DNA of 64,000 nt from an uncultured Solirubrobacterales bacterium (GCA_963764915.1 CAVXUO010000004.1:379664-443663); one strand, 5' to 3'. Shown: positions 45,535 to 55,305, counted from the stretch's first letter. Notes: generated from the sequence alone by a model not told the origin. Made by a program: numbers and translations.

Positions 45535-47104
45535 TTGGAGCAGACAGCAGGGGAGATGAGCCCCGATGAAGCGCTGGCGGTCACACGCGGAATGGTTGCC
45601 GACCGTCGTGTGCTCACGTTGGAGGGCGGGCGGATGACGACGCTCGCGGTGCGCGGGCGGGAGGAGGCGATCGAGCGACGCTCCGGGCTGCTCGCCCAAC
45701 CAGCCGGGCGGGATGTCGGCGAGCACGCCCGGACAACCGCGCGCAGGGAGGTGGCGGAGCGCATCGCCGCGCCGCTGTCCCGCGAGCAGGAGCAGGCCCT
45801 GCGCACCGTGACGGGCCCGGAGCGCCTGGGGGTGCTCGTCGGCCCGGCGGGCACCGGGAAGGGTGTTGTGATCGACGCCGCCGCGCGGGCCGAGCAGATC
45901 GCCGGACGGGAGACAATCGGGATCGCGGTGTCGGGGTCCACGGCCGAGCGTCTCGGCGCAGACAGCCCGGCGCTCGCGGGACGCACGCTCACCCTCGATG
46001 CCCTGACTGCGCGGGCGGACACGGGGAGGGTCCAGATCGGGGCTGGTACGACGGTGATCCTTGATGAGGCCGGGATGGTCGACCACAAACGCATGGACGC
46101 CCTCACCGAGCTGATAGAGCGCTCCGGGGCGAAGCTGATCGCGGTCGGCGACGGCAAGCAGCTCCCATCGATCGGACCCGGCGGCATGTTCGACCGGATC
46201 GCCGGCCGAGCCCCCACCGCGGAGCTCACAGATGTCCGCCGCACCAGCGACCCGCACGAGCGCAAAGCCTGGGCGGCGCTCCGTGCCGGGGAACCCGAGC
46301 AGGCGATGGCGCACTACCAGGCCCGCGGACAGCTGTTCTTCAACGACTCCCGCGATGAAGGCAGGAGAGGCGGCCGTGCAACGCTGGGCCGACCTCACCG
46401 AGACCAGAGATATTCGTGAGGTCGCGCTGATCGCCGACGCGTCGAACGTCGAGATCGACCGGCTCAACGCCCGCGCCCAGCACCTCCGCGCCGAACGCGG
46501 CGAACTCGGACAGGCCGAGATTCCGCTGACCCACCAGCACTACGGGCTGCGCGAAGGAGACCTGATCGCGTTCACCAAACAGCACCAACCGCCAGGAGAC
46601 CCCAGGGTCGAGAACGGCACCCGCGAACAGGTCACCGAGATCCACGACACCCGCGGCGTAACTGTGGCGCTTGACGGGTCGCAGCGCCACGTCAATCTCA
46701 CTGGCGAGGACCTTGAGTCGCTACGTCTCGGCTACGCCCAGCACGTCTACCGCCAGCAAGGCGCGACCGTAGAGCGCTCCGTGGTCGTGACAGGCGGCTG
46801 GCAGACCAGCGAGGAGTCCGCCTACGTCCAGGCCAGCCGCGCCCGCCAGGGCACCGAGTGGTTCCTCGCCCGCGACGAGCTCGGCCTCGAGGGCCAAGAC
46901 GAGCGGCGAGTCACGAGCCTCGCCGGCAAGATGAGAAACAGCCGCGCCCAAACACCATCACTCGCGCACCCCGAGCTACCAGACCCCGAGTGGGGGACAG
47001 GCTTCAAACGGACACTCGCACCGAGCCGCAGCCCCCTGCCAGGACTCGCGCGCACGCTCCACCGCATCACCCAACCCGACCGATCACCAGACCGCGGCCG
47101 ATGA
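45535..47104 (+). pseudogene. TrwC/TraI-like relaxase-helicase, helicase half only, frameshift near 46360
   Basis: Walker A 'GPAGTGKG', Walker B 'VILDEAGM', 'AVGDGKQL', 'LGYAQHVYRQQGATV', 'YVQASRAR'; relaxase domain absent. Confidence 0.82.
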
Positions 47105-47177
47105 GGCAGCGCCTTCCCCCCGTGTACCGAACGAGGCGGCACTCGTGCACCACCGGAGCCCACCGTAGGCTGTGTCG

Positions 47178-47456
47178 GTGCCGCGGATAGCAAGCTTTCA
47201 AGGACTGGTCGTCAAGCTCTATTTCGGCGACCACCCGCCGCCGCACGTCCACATCTACGCGGGACGCATCGGACACCCGGGAGTCCAGGCGGCGCGCTTC
47301 TCGATCGACACCGGCGAACTGATCGACGGCACGCTTCCCGCAGCGAAGCTTGCGACGGCGACGAGCTGGTGCCAGCGACATGGCGACGCACTGAGCGCCG
47401 ACTGGCGGCGTGCACAGCTCGACCAACACCCGACCGGCCGCTACGATTCATCGTGA
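47178..47456 (+). CDS. DUF4160 family protein (putative toxin)
   Basis: 'MPRIASFQGLVVKLYFGDHPPPHVH', 'FSID.GELIDG.LP'. Confidence 0.8.
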   Translation: MPRIASFQGLVVKLYFGDHPPPHVHIYAGRIGHPGVQAARFSIDTGELIDGTLPAAKLATATSWCQRHGDALSADWRRAQLDQHPTGRYDSS

Positions 47457-47755
47457 TGGAGCCCGCCATCGCCCCCGAAATGGTTGCCGTGATCCCGCGG
47501 CCGGAGTACACGGTCCGTATCGTCTTCGCCGATGGCGAGGTGCGGGACGTCGACATCACCCCTCTGCTCGATACCCCGGCCTTCTCGCCCCTACGGGACC
47601 CGGGGATGTTCGGCCAAGTCAAGGTGGATGAGCAGACGGGCACGATCACCTGGCCGGGTGATGTCGACCTTGACCCCGACGTGGTCTACGCCGCATTGGA
47701 TCTTGGGCCGAACAAGGCCCGGATCCGGGTGCTCGCGCCCAGCGTCGCCGCCTGA
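47456..47755 (+). CDS. DUF2442 family protein (putative antitoxin)
   Basis: 'YTVRIVFADG', 'FSPLRDP..F..VKVD...ITWPGDVDLDPD..Y'; TGATG coupling to DUF4160 gene. Confidence 0.8.
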   Translation: MEPAIAPEMVAVIPRPEYTVRIVFADGEVRDVDITPLLDTPAFSPLRDPGMFGQVKVDEQTGTITWPGDVDLDPDVVYAALDLGPNKARIRVLAPSVAA

Positions 47756-47825
47756 CCTCAGACGTCCTAGCGGCACCTCAAGCGAAGTCAGTGGCCGGTT
47801 TCGCATGGTTGGGGTCATTACCACC

Positions 47826-48050
47826 ATGAGCACAGAACCAGCGATCGTCCCGAGCACGTTCCCGCGGCCCCCGGACACGACGAGGCTGCTTACGGCCGAG
47901 GAGGTTGCCTCCCGCCTGGGTGTTCAGACGTCGTGGGTCAGCAAAGCCGCCCGCGCCAACCGCATCCCTCACATCTGCGTCGGTCGCTACCGGCGCTTCC
48001 GCTGGCCAGGTATCGAAGCGTGGCTGGAGGGCCAGCGTCGCGGATCATGA
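47826..48050 (+). CDS. Excisionase-like HTH protein
   Basis: 'LLTAEEVASRLGV..SWV..AAR.NRIPH..VGRYRRFR...IEAWL'; directly upstream of integrase. Confidence 0.85.
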   Translation: MSTEPAIVPSTFPRPPDTTRLLTAEEVASRLGVQTSWVSKAARANRIPHICVGRYRRFRWPGIEAWLEGQRRGS

Positions 48051-48186
48051 CCGCGCCGCCGGCTCCCATAAAATCCCGCGCCTAGATAAGGGCGCGTCCC
48101 CGGGGTTGCAGCCCCGGGGACGCTCCGAACGACGGTCGAGCGGCGAGAAAGCGCCCTCGACCCCGGCATCAGGAAATGAGGTCCCG

Positions 48187-49398
48187 ATGCAAGCCAAGAA
48201 AACGCACGCGCTGGTCAAGGTCGAACTCTCGACGTCGTGCAAGGGCAAACCGCGCCGCAAGCCGGTCTGGGTCATGCGCTACGTCCTTCCGTCCGGGAAG
48301 GACTCCCGCAAGGTGCTCGGCCCCGCGTGGACGAGGAAGGGCCGCCCCGCGAACGGATTCCTGAGCGAAGGCGACGCGCTGGTGAAGGCGGAGGCCTTTG
48401 CCGCGCAGCACTCGACGGACTCCGCTAGCTCCCGTCGCACGTTCCGCGTCGCTCTGGACGCGTTCATGAGCCACTGCACCGTGGAGAAGGGTCTGCGCGG
48501 CTCCACCGCGCACGCCTACCGGAAGATCGGGGAGCGTCTCGCCGAGCGTCCGTGGCGCAGCGAATCGGCCTGGGCCGACCGCATCCTTGACACCTTCAGC
48601 GCCGAGGATCTGCTGGCCGTCCGTCGGGAGCTGACGCAGGCCGAACGCAGCGCCGACACGATCAACCACTACCGCCGCGTCGTGCGGGGCATCTTCGGCA
48701 CCCATCCGTCGAGCCCGGCGCTCGCCTGGGCGTGGAAGACCCAGAAGGTCGAGAGCGAGGGCAAGCTCCAGTTCTACACACCCGAGCAGGTGCGCAAGTT
48801 GATCGCGGAGGCGTACTCGGTGATGGACGAGGCCATCTACACGCTCGCGACCGAGGCGGGTCCGCGTCTCAGCGAGATTCGCGCGCTGAAGGTCGGCAAC
48901 GTCGACTTCGGCGCCGGCGTTCTGCGCTTCGAGGACGGCTTCACGACAACTGGCGGCCACGCCGGCAACAAGGGCCGCAGGGTGCGGTCGGTCCCCATGA
49001 CGAGGAACGTCCGCAAGGCGCTCGCGCCGTTCTGTGACGGCAAGAGCGCTGAGATGCTGGTCTTCGAGCACGACGCCAAGCCTGGCGAGCCGATCTGCGG
49101 CTCGGGGCTCTACCGCCGGTTCTTGAACGCCAGCAAACGGGCGGACCTGCCCGTGCTGCGACTCCACGACCTGCGCCACACGTTCGGCACGCAGGCGATC
49201 CGCGGCTTCAAGATCCATGAGGTCCAGCGGCTGATGGGCCACCGACACATCACGACGACGGAACGCTACCTCCACTACGCGCCCGACGCGGACGCTGCAG
49301 ACAGGCTCTCGGCACTCTGGGAGGCGGCGGTGGGGGAGACCCCTCTGCCAGGGCGCGCCGAGGTGGCCAACGTGGTCCCGCTGCACCGCGCGGCCTGA
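48187..49398 (+). CDS. Tyrosine recombinase/integrase
   Basis: Catalytic R ('GPRLSE'), HxxR ('LHDLRH'), 'MGH', Y ('TERYLHY'); points at tRNA-Cys 3' end. Confidence 0.92.
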   Translation: MQAKKTHALVKVELSTSCKGKPRRKPVWVMRYVLPSGKDSRKVLGPAWTRKGRPANGFLSEGDALVKAEAFAAQHSTDSASSRRTFRVALDAFMSHCTVEKGLRGSTAHAYRKIGERLAERPWRSESAWADRILDTFSAEDLLAVRRELTQAERSADTINHYRRVVRGIFGTHPSSPALAWAWKTQKVESEGKLQFYTPEQVRKLIAEAYSVMDEAIYTLATEAGPRLSEIRALKVGNVDFGAGVLRFEDGFTTTGGHAGNKGRRVRSVPMTRNVRKALAPFCDGKSAEMLVFEHDAKPGEPICGSGLYRRFLNASKRADLPVLRLHDLRHTFGTQAIRGFKIHEVQRLMGHRHITTTERYLHYAPDADAADRLSALWEAAVGETPLPGRAEVANVVPLHRAA

Positions 49399-49553
49399 CG
49401 CGTCGACAAACGACAGCGACGAGGGGCGAGCTGTTTGGCTCGCCCTTGCCCGGGCGCGCTCTGGGAGAGTTCTGGGAGAGTTTGCGGTTCTCGGCGTCCT
49501 GCGCACCTGAACCGGTTGCCTGAACACCGCTCTCTTGCAGGCACTTCTCATGA

Positions 49554-49624
49554 AGGCGACGACCGGAATCGAACCGGTGTAGACGGCTTTGCAGGCCGCT
49601 GCGTAGCCACTCCGCCACGTCGCC
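49554..49624 (-). tRNA. trnC: tRNA-Cys (GCA)
   Basis: GGCGACG acceptor stem, GCGGC-CTGCAAA-GCCGT anticodon arm, ACCGG-TTCGATT-CCGGT T arm. Confidence 0.96.
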
Positions 49625-49845
49625 GGGATTGCTCCCACAAGGGTATCGGGTGCGGGCGGGTGTCGAATGAGGCGGAGCGGCCCATCGGGGTCCCCGGGCC
49701 GCCGGGGACCAGCGGCCGCTTAGCGTGCTGTTTGCGGGGCGTTATGAACTCCTTCGTCGTTCGTTAGCCGCGCTTTCGCGCATGGTTAGCGGCTGCACAG
49801 CGGCCCCCCCGATCATCGTCTCATCCCACGAACCGGAGGTGACCC

Positions 49846-50853
49846 ATGAGGCGACTATTTCTACCCATGCTGTTGGCAGGATTGACCGGAGCCGTTGCCG
49901 CGAGCGCGACGGTGCTGCTTACCGGTGGGGGGGCCTCGAGCACAATGCAGAAGCCGCGCACGACGACGACGGCGTCGGTACAGGCCTCCGCCGCCGGAAG
50001 CCGCCGCGATGTCGCCTCGACGACGCCGTCGGCGACCCAGATCTACGAACGAGACTCGAAGGGAATCGTAGCGATCAAGGTGGTCACCGCGGAAGGCGAG
50101 GACGAGGGCACCGGCATCGTCTTGAACGAAAAGGGCCTGATCCTCACCAACGATCATGTGGTCAAGGGCGCGAGGAGCATCACGATCGACGCCAGCGGAT
50201 CCTCGAACACGACCCGTGGCGCGACGCTTGTCGGCGAAGAAGCCAACAAGGACCTGGCATTGATCCGCGTCGATCCGACGGGCCTCGGCTTGAAGCCGCT
50301 GACATTCGTGAACTCCAGCTCGGTGCAGGTCGGCGACACCGTGTACGCGATCGGCACTCCCTACGGCCTCGAAGAGACCTTCACCAAAGGCATCGTCTCG
50401 GCCCTCGATCGCGAAATCTCCGCCCCCGACGGTGCCAAGATCGCGGGTGCGATCCAGACTGACGCGGCGCTTAACCCCGGTAACTCGGGTGGGCCACTAC
50501 TTAACGAAAAGGGAGAAGTAATCGGCGTCAACTCGCAGATCGCCAGCGATGCCGCGAGCGTTGACGGCTCGCAGCCGGGGAGCACAGGCGTGGGTTTTGC
50601 GATCGCCTCCGACACGGTGGCCTCGGCGGTCCACACGATTGAAGCCGGCAAGGGCGTCACCTATGCCTCGGCTACCGGGCAGAGCACCTATGGGACGCAG
50701 AGCCCATATGGAGAAGCCGAAACGGAAGGCTCCGAAGGTAGCGAAGAAGCGGGCGAATCCGGTTCCGGCGGCGTGGAAAGCGCGCGCGAAGCGGCCTCTG
50801 GCGGGTATGGAGCGGTCGCTGGTGGGGAAGGGCGCGTCGTGATCGTACCGTGA
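49846..50853 (+). CDS. HtrA/DegP-type (S1C) serine protease without PDZ domain
   Basis: N-terminal hydrophobic anchor; 'GTGIV', 'TNDHVV', 'DLALI', 'QTDAALNPGNSGGPL'; acidic low-complexity tail instead of PDZ. Confidence 0.9.
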   Translation: MRRLFLPMLLAGLTGAVAASATVLLTGGGASSTMQKPRTTTTASVQASAAGSRRDVASTTPSATQIYERDSKGIVAIKVVTAEGEDEGTGIVLNEKGLILTNDHVVKGARSITIDASGSSNTTRGATLVGEEANKDLALIRVDPTGLGLKPLTFVNSSSVQVGDTVYAIGTPYGLEETFTKGIVSALDREISAPDGAKIAGAIQTDAALNPGNSGGPLLNEKGEVIGVNSQIASDAASVDGSQPGSTGVGFAIASDTVASAVHTIEAGKGVTYASATGQSTYGTQSPYGEAETEGSEGSEEAGESGSGGVESAREAASGGYGAVAGGEGRVVIVP

Positions 50854-50942
50854 TGGGTGGGGGTGATCTGCCTGATGCTGGATTGGCGAGTTGGGCAGGC
50901 CTGATCGGCTGCGGCACGTTGATACGCTTGCAGCCGATTCCT

Positions 50943-51015
50943 GGGCGATTAGCTCAGCTGGGAGAGCGCCGCCTCGACAAGGCGGAGGTCACTGGTTCGA
51001 GCCCAGTATCGCCCA
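50943..51015 (+). tRNA. trnV: tRNA-Val (GAC)
   Basis: GGGCGAT/ATCGCCC acceptor, CCGCC-TCGACAA-GGCGG anticodon arm, ACTGG-TTCGAGC-CCAGT T arm. Confidence 0.96.
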
Positions 51016-51021
51016 TCCGGG

Positions 51022-51052
51022 GAAACCCCCTGCTAACGCGGGGGTTTTCTCG
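51022..51052 (+). terminator. Hairpin terminator after tRNA-Val
   Basis: AAACCCCCTGC-TAAC-GCGGGGGTTTT then CT. Confidence 0.65.
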
Positions 51053-51169
51053 TTAAGGGCACGGTACCGGTGGGCGCTCCGAAACCCAGTTCCCCACGTG
51101 CTTCCCACACGAGCCCCGCGACCCCCACGAGTTGAGGCTCAGGCGGACCGGTCGCGTGGACCTACTCGC

Positions 51170-51295
51170 CGTGCCGGCGACGGCCTCCGTGGCGATGCAC
51201 CGAGGTCCGTGAGCGGAGGCGATCACCAGGCGGGCACGGCCGCCGATAAGTGCCGAGAGGACGACGTTCGCGTCAGCGACGACTGCGGGAGGCAG
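51170..51295 (-). pseudogene. PIN-domain (VapC-like) toxin, N-terminal fragment
   Basis: 'LPPAVVADANVVLSALIGG...IATEAVA' then similarity is lost; overlaps antitoxin stop. Confidence 0.6.
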
Positions 51296-51527
51296 CGAAA
51301 TCGCCGAGCACCTCTCGCTCGCTGACGCCCTTCGCATTGAGCTCCGCGCCGATCTGCTCGGATAGGCGCACGAAGACCTCGCGGCGAACCTCTACCGGCA
51401 GCTCGGGCGTATCCCACGGGAGGAAGAACCCGGCGGGGGTGCCTTCGCGGGTCACCAGGATCACGTCGTCGGAGCGGAACATCTCCGTCGCGTGGTCGCG
51501 GCCGTCCCGTACCGTCACGACCTTCAT
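51273..51527 (-). CDS. Phd/YefM-like antitoxin
   Basis: 'MKVVTVRD...DDVILVTREGTPAGFFLP' N-terminal pattern; coupled to PIN fragment. Confidence 0.65.
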   Translation of the reverse strand: MKVVTVRDGRDHATEMFRSDDVILVTREGTPAGFFLPWDTPELPVEVRREVFVRLSEQIGAELNAKGVSEREVLGDFAASRSRR

Positions 51528-51528
51528 G

Positions 51529-51557
51529 TGGGCACTTTGGGCACTTTGGGCACTTTG
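51529..51557. repeat. Three direct 9-bp repeats TGGGCACTT
   Basis: Perfect copies at 51529, 51538 and 51547, immediately upstream of the antitoxin ATG. Confidence 0.9.
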
Positions 51558-52133
51558 ATGGTCACATGATACCTGTAGCGCCCTGCCCAAGTAGTGGCAG
51601 ATCCCTCCGCTTGCTCGTCGTTTGGGGCATGAGCACACGATCGCTCTGTGACCTCACATCTGTGGCAGGAACGTGTGGAGCCTTATCTGGGGTTCCCCCC
51701 GGCGGATGGCGGCGCTTTGGGGTGGGCACACGGCCAGGGATACGGGATCAAGTTTGATCGTTAGGATTGGCCGATGAACTCGCCAGTCAGGGAGGACGGT
51801 GGCGAGGAGACTGGCGCGGACGGGCATCCCGCTGTTCCGCGCCCGCTCCAAGGCAAAGGAGTTCCGCGCGCAGTTGGACGAGCTGCGCCGTTGCGTGGAT
51901 TGGCTCAACCTGTTGTCTACGATCGAGCTCGAAGAGCGCAAGGTCACGCTGCGTCAACGAGCGGCGCGAGTTCTTCTACGTGACGTCTGCCGAGGTCAAG
52001 ACGCAGTTGGTCGAGCTTGCCGGCGACCCGCCATCGCGATCCTTCCGCGCCGGCGCCACCGACCCGCGCTGCACCGCGTCAGCGAGGTTGGCACGGCGCG
52101 AGCCGTCTCGATCGCCGTTTAGACTTTGCGCCC

Positions 52134-52961
52134 ATGCCGTTCCCCACTGACGTCGTCGAGTCTGCAATCGCGTATCAGGTGCTGAAGCCGAGCGCCGATG
52201 AAATAGGCGCATACCTGCAAGGTGTGACCCAACGACGGCTGGATAATCTGCGCTACGTCTTTGACTTGCTGGAGCACAAGTTTGGTCGGAGCAGTAGCCC
52301 GGGCGACGGAGAGAGTGTTTCGCTTCGCGTTCTTCGCGGGATTATGGACGAGGGCTCCTACATCGAGGACGACGTCGGGCGCGACTATTACGCCGGCGTC
52401 CTGGCTGGCTCGCTCGCCACTGGCGGCGGGGATGACAGCGGCGTAGCTCTACTCAACGTGATGAGCGGTCTATCGAGTCTGCAACTTCGTGCACATTTCC
52501 TGATCTATGCGGCTGCACAGCAGAGTGTGGCGGGCGATCCGACGTTCGACCCGTACGCTAGGTACGAGGAGCCCCGGGGTGGATGGCGGCGCACGGTGCT
52601 ATCGCTGGTCGCATTCAAAGAGTCTCTCGCCGCTGTTGGTGGCGAGCCGACTGAAGACCAGCTCGGTTCCGTCATGAGGGCCCTTAGACGCGTCGAACTG
52701 ATACACCCAAAGGGCGGCTGGCTAGCGGGTAACCCGGAGCAATTGGCCGAGAGAGAGAGTAACGTCGAATGGCCAGAACCCGCGCTCGTTTGTACGATCT
52801 CGAACTTTGGGATGGAGCTTTTTTGTGCCGCTCACGGGTTTCGGTCAGTACTCGACTTTGCGCAACCGAGACGCGAGTTCCGTGAGCGCTTCCAATACCA
52901 AGGGGCGACCGTAGCACCGATGCGCGTTGCTGATTTGCCGCCGCGGACGAGCTCAGCGTAG
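52134..52961 (+). CDS. Abi-alpha/DUF4393-like protein
   Basis: 'LRVLRGIMDEGSYIEDD..RDYYAGVLAGS...DDSGVALLNVMSGLS' resembles the recalled family pattern; atypical codon usage. Confidence 0.5.
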   Translation: MPFPTDVVESAIAYQVLKPSADEIGAYLQGVTQRRLDNLRYVFDLLEHKFGRSSSPGDGESVSLRVLRGIMDEGSYIEDDVGRDYYAGVLAGSLATGGGDDSGVALLNVMSGLSSLQLRAHFLIYAAAQQSVAGDPTFDPYARYEEPRGGWRRTVLSLVAFKESLAAVGGEPTEDQLGSVMRALRRVELIHPKGGWLAGNPEQLAERESNVEWPEPALVCTISNFGMELFCAAHGFRSVLDFAQPRREFRERFQYQGATVAPMRVADLPPRTSSA

Positions 52962-52969
52962 CGGCTAGT

Positions 52970-53437
52970 GTGATCCTTGGGGGACTGATCGAGCGCGTGG
53001 ACATCAACGCCAACGATGAATGGGCGATACGCAGTGGCGGCAAGGAGGACATTCCGGCCCTGCTCGATCTGTGGGTCTTGGCGGGCAGCGCGCCGAGCGT
53101 CAGCGACTCTCCCGAGGGGCTGGCGCAACTGCTGGCCACGGACCCCCAGGCGCTGCTGGTTGCCGAGCTCGATGGCGTCCTGGTTGGTTCGCTGATCGCC
53201 GCGTGGGACGGCTGGCGCGGGAGCTTCTACCGCCTGGCCGTGGCGCCTGAGCATCGCCGCGAGGGGCTCGCGACGATGTTGCTCAGGGCGGGCGAGCGGC
53301 GTCTGCGCGAGCGGGGCGCGGTCAGGCTCACCGCGATCGTCGCCGACGACGAGGTCGGCGCGATGGGCTTTTGGCAGGCCGCCGGCTACGAGTGCCAGCA
53401 GCACAGGGCGCGCTTCGTGCGTCACTTGGATGCGTAG
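52970..53437 (+). CDS. GNAT family N-acetyltransferase
   Basis: 'LVGSLIAAWDGWRGSFYRLAVAPEHRREGLA', 'GFWQAAGY'. Confidence 0.9.
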   Translation: MILGGLIERVDINANDEWAIRSGGKEDIPALLDLWVLAGSAPSVSDSPEGLAQLLATDPQALLVAELDGVLVGSLIAAWDGWRGSFYRLAVAPEHRREGLATMLLRAGERRLRERGAVRLTAIVADDEVGAMGFWQAAGYECQQHRARFVRHLDA

Positions 53438-53479
53438 CGCCCAGTATTTTGGTGTGGTGGCGCGAGCTGTGAGGGAAGA

Positions 53480-54283
53480 TTGGCGATGACTCGCCTGGAA
53501 ACCGGTTTCCGGGATGTGGATGCTGCCGGCGACGCGGAGTCCTACGCCGATTACCTGAGCCACGTGAACGGCCTCGAGTCAGTCGCGGCCGGCAAGTGGG
53601 AACGGGCACGACTGCTTGGGTTGCGTGCCGGTTCGCGCGCGATCGATGTCGGTTGCGGGTTGGGTGATGATGCTCGAGCGCTGTCACGCCTCGTCGGTGA
53701 GCACGGAGAAGTCGTTGGCGTGGACTCCAGCACCGAACTTCTGGAGCGCGCCCGAACGCGCCGCGAGGCCGAGGATGGTCCGATCCAGTTCATTGTCGCC
53801 GACGCACACGAGCTGCCCTTCGACGTTGGTGTCTTCGACGCCGCGCGAGTCGAGCGCACGCTCCAGCACTTGGAGAACCCAGCGCTTGTGGTGAGTGAGT
53901 TGGCGCGAGTCACGCGACCGGGTGGTGTGGTGCTCGCAAACGAGCCCGACTGGGGCACACTTGCGAGCACGGGTCGTCCGCGCGTGCTCGTCCGCGCGAT
54001 GCTGGATGTCGCCGAGGCGCAGATCCGAAACCCGTGGATCGGGCGTGAGCTGGCGGGCCTGTTCGTTGACGCTGGACTGACGGACGTCACCGTCCAGGCT
54101 GAGGTGCTGCTGGTTCGTGACTTCCATCCCGACGTCGTCATCGATTTGCCGCTGCTCGCGGCCGATCTGCGCACGCAGGGGCACGAGGGCGTCGACGAGC
54201 TGCTCGCAGCCGCCGAGGACGACACGGTTGCGGGCCGAACGGTGGCGGCTCTTACGCTCTTTACCGTGTTCGCCCGTCGTTAG
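53480..54283 (+). CDS. Class I SAM-dependent methyltransferase
   Basis: 'IDVGCGLG', 'ADAHELPF....FDAARVERTLQHL', 'TRPGG....EPDW'. Confidence 0.9.
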   Translation: MAMTRLETGFRDVDAAGDAESYADYLSHVNGLESVAAGKWERARLLGLRAGSRAIDVGCGLGDDARALSRLVGEHGEVVGVDSSTELLERARTRREAEDGPIQFIVADAHELPFDVGVFDAARVERTLQHLENPALVVSELARVTRPGGVVLANEPDWGTLASTGRPRVLVRAMLDVAEAQIRNPWIGRELAGLFVDAGLTDVTVQAEVLLVRDFHPDVVIDLPLLAADLRTQGHEGVDELLAAAEDDTVAGRTVAALTLFTVFARR

Positions 54284-54415
54284 CGAGCGGTGCCGGAAAT
54301 GCGAATGCGCTGCCGAGCCGCGGGGTTGCAGACCTCGCCATAGAGCTGGCGCTTGCAATCGTTTGCCGCTCCCCCCCAGAGACGGTGCGCTGTCGGCTAC
54401 GCTGGCGGGCGAACA

Positions 54416-55051
54416 ATGCCCGAGCATGCTGCGCATCCGATGTTCGCCCGCGTCTATGCGACGGTCGCAGAGGTCAGCGAGCGTCGCGGCGGCGCGGAGC
54501 ATCGCCGCAAGCTGCTCACCGGCTTGCAGGGTCGAGTAGTGGAGGTGGGGGCCGGCAGCGGTGCGAACTTCCGGCATTACCCGACCTCGGTCGATGAGGT
54601 CGTCGCCGTCGAGCCCGAGCCCTACCTGCGTGGGCGTGCCGAGCGCGCCGCATCGGGGGCGCCCGTCTCGGTCTCTGTCGCGCACGGTGACGCCGACCGC
54701 CTTCCCGGGGAGGAGGAATCTTTCGATGCTGGTGTTGCGGCGCTCGTGCTCTGCACGGTGCCCGATCCGCAGTCCGCGCTCGCTGAGCTCTACCGCGTGA
54801 TCCGTTCCGGGGGCGAGCTGCGCTTCTACGAGCATGTGCGCGCCCACTCCAAATGGGAGGCCCGGTTTCAGCGGTTCTTCGATGCGACCTTCTGGCCCCG
54901 CCTCGCGGGTGGCTGTCATCTGGCGCGCGACACGATGACCGAGATCGAGCGCGCGGGGTTTCGAATCGAGACGTTCGAGCGCTTTCGCTACAGCCCCACC
55001 GCGTTTCTCCCGTCCGATCCGCATGTGCTCGGCGTGGCGCGTCGTGTCTGA
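54416..55051 (+). CDS. Class I SAM-dependent methyltransferase
   Basis: 'VVEVGAGSGANF', 'VLCTVPD', 'IRSGGELRFYEH', 'GGCHL.RDT'. Confidence 0.9.
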   Translation: MPEHAAHPMFARVYATVAEVSERRGGAEHRRKLLTGLQGRVVEVGAGSGANFRHYPTSVDEVVAVEPEPYLRGRAERAASGAPVSVSVAHGDADRLPGEEESFDAGVAALVLCTVPDPQSALAELYRVIRSGGELRFYEHVRAHSKWEARFQRFFDATFWPRLAGGCHLARDTMTEIERAGFRIETFERFRYSPTAFLPSDPHVLGVARRV

Positions 55052-55305
55052 CCGTGGTCGCTTTCCGCTCACAAGTCCCCGGCGGAGACTGCCACGCTTG
55101 TGGGGTCCGAGCAGGTCAGCCTGGGCAGTCGATCCAGCGGTAGATCAGTCCGTCACGAATCTCGTGGAAGGAGGGCTCTCGCGCATGAGGGAGACGAGCA
55201 ACTCGACGAAGTCGCCGTAGAGGTTGTGGCGCACCCGCCCCATCCCACAGAAGCCTGTGCGCTCGCTCCGCTGATCGCTTCGACGGCGTTCTCGGAAGGC
55301 GTGCT

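Noticed and set aside
53439-53447. att repeat of the tRNA-Val 3' end (GCCCAGTAT)
   Set aside because: Only 9 bp, omits the acceptor end, and is expected by chance at this window size
42634-54322. Shared spacer motif GCT(A/G)CCGAGCCGCG near 42637 and 54309 as attC-like repeat
   Set aside because: Only two 14-bp GC-rich copies and no attC-type palindrome
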